A stretch of 61,615 nucleotides of DNA, counting the filler, from Choristocarpus tenellus KU-1152 (taxonomy: Eukaryota > Protista > Phaeophyceae), in NCBI GenBank assembly GCA_964200185.2. It is 12 parts of 12 records of this genome, joined end to end, with 100 filler letters (N's around TTAATTAATTAA, not from the genome) between each part and the next. Parts side by side here need not be neighbours in the genome. Positions count along the whole stretch, not along the records: positions 52,004 to 56,191 come from CAXNAD020015783.1; positions 56,292 to 61,615 come from CAXNAD020011159.1; 10 more parts are not named here. One strand, 5' to 3'. Below, in pieces: positions 53,355 to 61,615 of the stretch; position 1 is the first letter of the stretch, and each line of letters begins with the position of its first letter. The translations under genes were made by a program, and so were the position numbers. The notes below the pieces were generated by a model, which did no database searches, was not told the DNA's origin, and was given only the letters and a program-made list of their open reading frames with translations.

Positions 53355-53613
53355 GAGTGAAAGTATCTTAGAGGGTACGAGTTTTGCCCTTTTTGTCCAT
53401 TTGGGGCTTTGCTTCCCGTGTTTTTTTTAATGACATTTTCCTACTCCGAAATGTTTCAGAGTAGGTAAGATGTATACGTTATGAAAAGGTGTGTTCGGAA
53501 CAAGGGTATTGACACTTCCTAGCAAACACAATAACCGAAAATACATCGAAATTGCAGCATTGGATTTTGGCCCCCAAATGGACGCGGCTCTAACCTCTAA
53601 GATACTTTGGCTC
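53355..53613 (-). mobile_element. MITE family A, reverse copy
   Basis: TIRs plus TSD CTTT/CTTT. Confidence 0.9.
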
Positions 53614-54071
53614 CTTTGTTGGGATGACGATGATGATACTATTCTGAAAGAAGCTACCACTGAGCGCATGTAAGTATTGACATTATATGATGATCGACCT
53701 CTTTGTACGAATATCTCAGCCGTGCCCGAGATATCGTTTGATGCGATCTGCCCCCCCTCACCCACCCTGTCAGATACGCCAATCTGCATTTATCTATTTT
53801 CTCGGGCAAGTTGTTGGACTTGTAACACATCGCAGTTGGCGAACGGGGCAAGGGATAGGTGGGAAGCGGTCGCGGGACACAAGCGGTAGGCAGTAATGAG
53901 CAACATGTTGCTGTCGACAGAAAGACCACAAGGGATAAAAAAGATCAACAGTGAAAAGATCAACAATTGGCTGACTGACGATGAACTAAACAAAGGAAAC
54001 TCGGTAACAACTTGGTAGATCAGAAGAGTCATCAGGCGATCATGGAATAACGACAACACTCCATCACCCAC

Positions 54072-54508
54072 CATTGCCAATTAGCCTCTCGTCTGCTTGG
54101 TTGAACTCCATGTAGACCCGCATCATGAAAGCGCGTTTGGAATCAAACTCTCTCTTCAGCACAGTTATTCTATGGTTTCCGTCCAGTGTACATCCTTGAA
54201 TAGCAAGCGTGGTTTCGGCGGTGAGCTGGTCCCCATTACCTAAAGATTCTCGCTGGATTACCACAGATGGAGCAAACTGCTCCGGCCAGCCTTTCTCATG
54301 GATAGACTTCCTGACGTGCGCAAGGCCACGCTCGCTCCGTGGACGCACCATCTCCGTGCATGTGATGTTACCGAGTTTCATCCGGTACGTGTCAACGTAG
54401 TGATTTCTAGGAGCGAGGATATGCCCTTCAGATCGCTGTCCCACGTTCTCGATCCGTGGGCAGCGCCATCGGCGGGCGGTGGGTTGTTGTTGAGCGAATG
54501 CTGGACAT
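54072..54508 (-). pseudogene. ParB/Sulfiredoxin-like domain ORF, probably frameshifted and truncated
   Basis: VRPRSERGLAHVRKSIHEKGW...PSVV...TLDGNHRITVLK fits the ParB-N/Srx pattern (R..L..L..SI...G...P..V...DGxHR). It is followed by an intron-like GT(54071)...polypyrimidine-CAG(53911). The upstream ATG at 54508 needs frameshifts to join. Confidence 0.6.
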
Positions 54509-54932
54509 GGCGAAGGTTGGGAGGGTGTGACAGGGATCGGTAAATAACAGGTGCGCGTGGTATGTACTGAAGAGAATGAATTGAAATGAGGACTGAGGGA
54601 TGGGAGGTGCTGCTTTATTTCATCTGGTCATTGGGTCCTCAAAACTCAGATTTGTCTTTTCCTTGACAATTGTGTTATAAAAATTACGAATATCGAACAG
54701 CATACGATTTTATATTGGAAAGAGACAGAGAGTAACAGTTTTTTGTGATCTTTTCGTTTCGTACCTTTCAAACGTATTAGATCAATGAAGGATGTGGTTT
54801 GTATCTGTATTTCTTGACGTAAAGATTAGAATATCATTCTAATTTTGTAAAAACCCTAACGCACGTGTTTTGGGTGTTCAACGGTAAACAAGATCCGCGA
54901 GAATCTTTAATACCATAGATCCGCTTTTTTGT

Positions 54933-55001
54933 GGTCTCTAGTGTTTATTTAAATACTAAAGACGCCAAGCGGATTTAGTATTTAAATAAACACTAGAGAC
55001 C
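54933..55001. repeat. Perfect 28-bp-arm hairpin
   Basis: ggtctctagtgtttatttaaatactaaa (54933-54960), 13-nt loop, exact reverse complement at 54974-55001. Confidence 0.95.
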
Positions 55002-55318
55002 AGTTGGAAGTGTCCTTTTAGTTTCTGAGAATTGGAAACGTGTGAGACCCATAAAGTGCGTTCTTGATATTTTTAAAAACCCTAAGAACGGTTATTACTG
55101 GATATACTATTTCAAAAAACCCCAACCAACGTGTAAATTGGATCTTCAGGTATTCGAGATCCGCGCTGATCAGTTTTACCCAAAGAACCACTTTTTATCG
55201 CCTCTACAATTTACAAGAATCCAAATGTCCGATTTGGTAAGATTTTGTACTTCAAATATGTAGAGGGTTAGAGTTGTTTTTTTGACGTTTTGGTTACTGA
55301 ACATTGGAAACATACAAG

Positions 55319-55487
55319 GAGCCAAAGTATCTTAGAGGGTAGAGTCGCGTCCATTTGGGGGGCCAAAAGCCAATGTTGCAATTTTGATGTANNNNNNNNN
55401 NGGAAAATGTCATAAAATAACCCATGGGAAGGCAAGCCCCAAATGGACAAAAAGTGAAGAACTCGTACCCTCTAAGATCTTTCACTC
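55319..55487 (+). mobile_element. MITE family A spanning a 10-N gap, nested in the IR-bounded element
   Basis: Both TIRs plus TSD CAAG/CAAG. Confidence 0.88.
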
Positions 55488-56330
55488 CAAGATGAATGAA
55501 GTATGTGCTTTGTATTTTGAACAATTTGTAAGTACGAATATAATACGATTTACAACTTCCTAAAACTGTAATGCACGGATCTTCAGGATCATGGATCTCA
55601 GGGTGGTCCGACGGATCGCGCGGAGCTCAAACAAAGTTCATACGCCCGGCTTCGAATGTCATAACTCCTAGACCTTCTCACTGCCCAAGACTGCCTGTTG
55701 CCCGAAAACACCATGACAAGTCCAACAACTTGCCCGAGAAAATAGATAAATGTAGATCGGCGAATCTGACAGGGTGGGGGGGGGGGCAGATCACAACAAA
55801 CCATATCTCGGGCATGACTGACATATTCGTACAAAGAGTTGATCATCATATAATGTCAATACTTTTATACGGTCAGTGGTAGCTTCTTCTTCTACTTAGT
55901 GACGATAGCAACATTTGATAAACAATTTAATAATATGGGAAAATAACACTTCTTCTTCTCATTCAGTCAACCATCCATAATGACGATGAAACGCCGCCCC
56001 GAAAAATCTACTTCAAAGTACTATTTTTTTTCTACCACCTCCACCATCGACAATCAAACGACACCACCAACCACACTAACTATTCAAGCAAGCAATCCAA
56101 CGCGGCGTATACATGTGCACGACGATCAAACGAAATCATTGCCGCCCCCCACACACTGTCCTACTACCACCTTCGGCATGGATTCCCATTCNNNNNNNNN
56201 NNNNNNNNNNNNNNNNNNNNNNNNNNNNNNNNNNNTTAATTAATTAANNNNNNNNNNNNNNNNNNNNNNNNNNNNNNNNNNNNNNNNNNNNGGTGGTGGG
56301 GGTGGTGGGGGGGGGGGGGGTGTGTGGAGT

Positions 56331-56364
<34 letters not shown>

Positions 56365-56799
56365 AGATCAGACATGACACGGAAGATATGCACATGACGA
56401 AGGGGAGGACAAGGGCGTGCAAGGGAAGAGGAACAGGGGGATAAGAGGGGGCGAAGGTAAGGTAACAAGTGGTAACCATCACAAAACGAAATACAATTGG
56501 GAGGGGGGAAGCTCTACCCCCATTACATGCACACAGGCAAGACAGACAGACAGACAGGCAGACATCTACAGCTGACTGCTAAAGCTCTGTCATAGTGTAC
56601 CAGAAATACATAAATACTAACTGGAGTATATTCGAGGTCTGGGATTTCCACTATACTTAGGCATTACTGTTGCCCATTCCTCCTTTCCTGTGGGGATCAA
56701 CTGTCAGTCAATTATTGAGGCAATACAGTTCCACCAGGGGAGCTTAGGTGTCCAGCTTGTGGCTAACACTTGCACTGTCAACACAGCTGTGCTGGAACA

Positions 56800-57300
56800 T
56801 AACCATGGCTAATGCTTTGAGGTCATACACCAATGCTAGCCTGCACGAGGGTTTCTATGTCGAACTACCAACAGGCGATTTGCGTGAATCTGACAGGGCA
56901 GTGGGAAGACTACAAAAGTCTCCGTATGGTGTTGTACGGGCCTCATGGAACTGAAATTCCTTGCTGGAAGAGGCAGACTCGTGCGTTGTTAGATGGATCA
57001 AGGAGATTCTGGTATTGATTATGTTGACCCATGTTGATGACACGCTGATGGCAAGTGAAGGGCTCAAGTCCGCTACCAATCTCGTGGGGTGGGGCTCAAC
57101 AGGAAGTTTCCCGTCAAGTTCCTTGAGGGAAAAATAGATACTTACGGGGTGACAGATCAGGACAGATCACGAGCATGGGACGGTATGCATAAAAAAGAGA
57201 TGTATGTGGAGACCTTGGTGGAGAGACATGAGACAGAGGAACTTCGACTACCAGCAATGACAACTCCAGAGGCGATCCAACAGCGGCCATTTTTTGTAGG
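56800..57300 (+). pseudogene. Ty1/Copia reverse transcriptase fragment
   Basis: NASLHEGFYVELPTG...VGRLQKSPYG..ASWN, then LTHVDDTLMAS (YVDD-equivalent), broken by stops and frameshifts. Confidence 0.75.
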
Positions 57301-58170
57301 GGTTGATTAGATTGTATGGGCGGTTTAGAACACTTGTCCCCACTCACCTCATCCACTCTCTTCTCAAGGACCCTAATATAACAAAGGCTATTGAGACATA
57401 CGGGAGTACTCTATCTATGACATATCAGTTCAGTTTAACAATATCACAAACAAACACACCCAAGTCCAAATCTATTCAATTCTTCCACTCTTGCAGCTAT
57501 TCCTGGCTCAGTTTGTGATGCTGTCATAAATAGTAGATGCACTTACTTGCTGGTGACAAAGGCCTTTGGGCAGGCAGGGGCGGCACATAGAGCAGAGGGC
57601 TACTGTAGAGGATGGAGCAAAGTTTGGTAAAATAGTACTGTGAGGGAAAAACTCTTTTTCAAGAAAAATGTAGGCATCCTTGGGGTAACAATAGAGCTCC
57701 TAATTGCATATATTGTCCTTGAATGGACCATACAGAGGGTGCCAGACTCATTCCACAAGGACGGGAGATGATGTCCAGTACGGAGGGGGGGAAAAGGATG
57801 GGGCAAGTAGGTATCACAAATCATAGGAGGGAACTATATTATACCACGGTGATCAATGCACTACCCGACCACAAGGTGAGAAGTTGAGGCACCAACGTTT
57901 TTCACAGTCTTTCCCCCTCCCCACACTTAGATTGGTCTTGGATTCTTCACATGTCGTACGGTTCAAATCCCCTTATCCCCACCAGCCTCTACGACTGTGT
58001 AACCCTTGCTTCAAATCTTGTGGGGGCACCTATGTCCACTTCAATGGGCTGGAGATTTGCGAGGATTTGAATTGCATCTTAGAAGTGTCTAGAGAGCTTT
58101 ATCGCACTCCCTACCCACCATCCCTGGAGGTACGTAACCCATGGAGAGTAGCAAAGAGCAAGACACTCAC

Positions 58171-59105
58171 CTTGCATACACTCGGCTCCGAACTCAAGTG
58201 CTTCCCGTCTTTGTGGTCCCCAGGGCTCCCTTGGAACAGGAGGCTCAAAGCGTAGGGATCCAACAGGCGGACGAGCATAGGGAATGCCCAGAAATGCGTG
58301 GACGCCGGTTGGGAGCATCTTCCCAATAAGAGGTCCCTGCGCGGTGTGTGCTACGACCCGTTCTTTCAGGGTGGACAAAGGGGTTGGGGGTTAGGGTTGG
58401 GGTTGGTGCGACGGAGAAAAAGATACAACCTGGTTTCTGTCTGGGGCAAATGTGCTCCAGATATCGGAGTTCCATAGGATTCTTTCAAGGCCGAGGATTC
58501 GACCTTCGATTGGGTCCACGCCTCAGGTAACTCAAGGAAGCGAGGATACCACTGGTTAATCGGGCAATGGCCGAAAACATGGTATAGAGTAGTCCCAGCC
58601 CTTGCCCTGCCATGACAAAGCACGCCACCTAACAAGGTTGAAACACTACTGGGCGAAGTGGGTATCAACATTGGGCAGCAGTAGTGTCACACTTCATTTG
58701 TAGGGCCTAGGTTCATCCCCTTGACTTTCATCTCTGCAAAATTTCATCCTTGATCACAAGGTAGATGATAAGGCAAGGGGCATGCATTCTGTCTGTACCA
58801 CCTTACCACTACCATCAAAGACGTTGCCTTTCCATCAGTGGATATACCAACCGTTTAACACTCCTACCCCATCCCATACTCAGAAATTTTTTTCGCTGTC
58901 ATACTAGTGACACCTTGCTGGGGTGAGGACAGAATCGAGGACGAAAAAAGTGAACTCTCTCACCTTCCCCACTCTCTGTGCACTCTGTCTGCCTCATGAC
59001 TGTAATACAGATAAGAGCTGTCAAGCTTAGACCTAACCCAAACAGCCAGCGCCCATCCTTACGCTGGAGGAGAGGAGGGCGCCGACGGTAAACTCTCTGT
59101 ACCAT
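58171..59105 (-). CDS. Type-B carboxylesterase/cholinesterase family, first two exons (N-terminal membrane anchor)
   Basis: Exon 1 is 59105-58964 (basic stretch + hydrophobic [18 protein letters not shown]; G|GTGAG). Exon 2 is 58362-58171 ([35 protein letters not shown]....A.EFGAECMQ), the classic COesterase N-terminus. Phases match. Downstream catalytic exons were not identified. Confidence 0.85.
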
Positions 59106-59405
59106 GGTCGATCCTTCAATTCAAGCCCCTCACCTTTTATCCCCTAACTTCTACTTCAAACTACCCCTCTTTTGTAAGAAATAGTTGTGTTACACCCTAA
59201 CACAACTCTAACTCTTTATATACTTCAATTAATTGACACATACCAACAACAGTTCAACAATCCCCCAATACTTGCCGTTTTAGCATCTTGAAACGGCTCT
59301 ATTGACAGTACATGTATCATCTGCAACAATAGTAGTAGTAGTAGGTCTGGATGGGGTATTGAAGACAGGAGATCACAAGTCGAGGAACAACCTTGGCGGA
59401 ACACA

Positions 59406-60996
59406 ATGAAGTTTTGCGCTATGCTTGCTGTGACTTTTGGTGTAGCTCTCGATCCGGTGCACGCATTTTCACCTTGTATGGGGACAACTCGTAGCCCCGT
59501 CCGTTTTGTATCAGGTTCCAAGCAAGGGGTTGAATGGAGGTCGGGGTGGACGCGCACATCCGGGCGGGATGCCTCAAGGCGTAGCGAATTACGAGGAAGG
59601 GATCAAATTAATATCACGGTAAGAATTATTCCTGTGTGTCTCCCTTTGAGCAACCAGTTTTAGGTCAGTCTTGTGGGTCCTGAGACGTAACATGTTTCTT
59701 GATCACGGCAACTTTCTCCAACACTTGTGCTGCTCGTTGGATGTCGAGGGCACGTACCTACCTGCGATTGACCCTATGATCTATGCTTACGATAACTAAA
59801 TGTAATATGTAGCTGTCATAGTAGGCGACCTTCTACCCTCTGCCGAGATCGAGATCGTCCAGACCGTCTTTAATGCGGAGGTCACTCCATCTCACTTTCT
59901 AAGTCGCATGATCAGCAACTGTACATAAAACACAGTAAAAATATGTGCTGCTCGCGATCATGTCGTGATTCTCCACGAATGACAGCAGCAATTAATTTCC
60001 TTGTGTAGGGAGAGAATGGATGCTCACCCAAACCCCCAATTCTAGAAGTTTGTGCTGGAAGTAGGTACATACACCTCTCTGAACCTTGACTCCCTCTCCC
60101 TTCCCCTCAAGGACGAGGACCTAAACCGCATTGGTCTGGACGTTGACTCCCTTTCACAAACAGAGAAGTCGCGGATTGAACGATTGAGAAGCAGCGCAGG
60201 TATGCTCTCTGAGGTGAGGGACGCCGACCGTCTAACCTCAATGGATACTGTCGATTAATGATCCTTGCTGCCAGTGTTGACAGAATCGTAGCAGTCTGCT
60301 ATGGGATGGCAGCGTGCTGTGAAGAGATCCAAAAGACCCTCAGTGGAAAGGATGATAAATATGGCGTTACAGCAAAAAGTCCAAATGTCTCCAGAGTTTT
60401 TGCAAGCAATGCAGGTGCTGCGTGGTCCCGTTAGAACCTGTTTCAAGAAGCTCATTATACGGTGCCCACCCACCCCTCCTGCCTCGCTCAACTGGGGGAG
60501 AAACTTTCCTTCCAAATGCTCCTCTCTCCGCCCCTCAGATGCAAGCGGACAGAACAAGCCTGGAGGATGTTGACTATGTTGACGAGATGGAAATTGAGGT
60601 GACCACCTAACCAAGTGTTGGAATATGTTTGTTTCCTCAAGACCCCTCAAAGGGGAGTAGTGCTGACTATTCACTCGTTTTAAGATCCACTACTATACTG
60701 CTGTATTTCACCTTCAGATCCGCCCCCGCCCCCAAACCCTCTCAACCAACCTGCTGCACTATTGATTATACGGCATTTTCACTGGGATCAGATAATGGAT
60801 ACTGACTGGAGTGGGCAATCAGGCATGGAAATTGAGGTTACTGGGGATAAGAGCTGGACAGACCTTACAAGACGCCCATTCCTTGCAATTGGTGATGCAT
60901 TAACCCTGACACTCTTTGCATACATTGGGCGGGCCAGCCATGGGATGGGCGCCTTCGATGTTGGTGTCATCATTACAGCCCTTCCATTTTTGGCAG
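59406..60996 (+). CDS. Plastid-targeted DUF3054 family membrane protein; 3' incomplete
   Basis: Phase-consistent exons 59406-59618, 60112-60213, 60539-60598, 60792-60996. Signal peptide ending VHA-F followed by an S/T/R-rich transit peptide (heterokont bipartite leader). DUF3054-like GDALTLTLFAYIGRASHG...TALPFLAG. Confidence 0.75.
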
Positions 60997-61615
60997 GTGA
61001 CCTAGTATAGGTTGAAGAATATGAGCTGGGGGGCTGGGGAGGGTCCGTTTGAAACTCCTTGCATCTGTGCCTCACAGTATGTTGACGAAATATTTGGATA
61101 TTGTACTGCAAAATAATAATACTTCGACTGTACTTCACGTAGTGGGTGTAGTTCTTTTCAAGCATCATTTGAAATTGTGCTGGTACTATGTGGAGGTGGG
61201 GCTGGAGGGTAGTACGAGATTAAAGAGGTATGTAGGCATGAATGGAGATCACTGCAAGTAAGGAAAGAGGGGGGGGAAGGCTGATTCAGAAACCACCAGG
61301 AGTTACCATAGGTGTATCCCAATCTTGGGAGCAAATCTTTTACTGTGTTCATTAATTTGATGAAAGACAACCTTGATTCTCACTTTTTAAATTTGTTTCA
61401 CTTACCTTTTGTTGTGAGTCGTTGAACCAGAGCTTGGCAGTTACATCAAGCAACCCCTAGCCCTGCATCTATTATTTATTGTATTGATGCTATAGAGTAA
61501 TTTGTTCTTGGTTTCTTTTTTTTGTTTCACCTACCTATCATCCTCCCCTGCCACTCCTCCCGCCCCCTTCCCCCCCCCCCCACCCCCTCCCCCGCCACCA
61601 CCACCCCCCTCCCTC

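Larger units (their letters stand above)
53648..55888. mobile_element. Putative ~2.2-kb inverted-repeat-bounded element carrying the ParB-like ORF
   Basis: 53648-53823 and 55716-55888 are diverged ~175-bp inverted repeats (aagaagctaccactga...ttctcgggcaagttgttggacttgt). No clear TSD. Confidence 0.55.

Noticed and set aside
9037-56291. Regularly recurring TTAATTAATTAA motif as a biological repeat or CRISPR-like array
   Set aside because: It is always centred in N runs of identical length, so it is an artificial six-frame-stop linker.
57547-57602. Third exon of the carboxylesterase
   Set aside because: Splice-like signals are present but the translation lacks the expected SEDCLxLN motif.
19464-60996. 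Functional gene cluster (decarboxylase, methyltransferase, esterase and others)
   Set aside because: The genes lie on different contigs joined artificially; linkage is unsupported.

Overview
This is eukaryotic nuclear DNA, most likely from a photosynthetic stramenopile (brown alga or close relative). The evidence is GT-AG introns, a mastigoneme/Sig-type EGF protein and a signal+F bipartite plastid leader. The window is not one continuous locus: 12 contigs are joined by eleven identical 100-bp artificial spacers (N44-TTAATTAATTAA-N44), so adjacency across spacers cannot be trusted. Host genes: a 9+-exon EGF/tenascin-like mastigoneme-family gene, an intronless group IV PLP decarboxylase (DAP-decarboxylase-like), a METTL23-like last exon, a DUF179/AlgH-like last exon, a 2-exon Zwilch homologue, and a carboxylesterase divergent from a plastid-targeted DUF3054 gene. 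Repeats: two related MITE families (family A has GAG..CTC termini and 4-bp TSDs, Sola2-like), a gag-only Copia-type LTR element with several fold-back inversions nested in a Gypsy integrase, other Copia relics and an acidic higher-order tandem repeat. The most unusual feature is a ~2.2-kb segment bounded by ~175-bp inverted repeats that carries an intron-containing ParB/Sulfiredoxin-like ORF. All homology calls come from motif recognition by eye, not from database searches.
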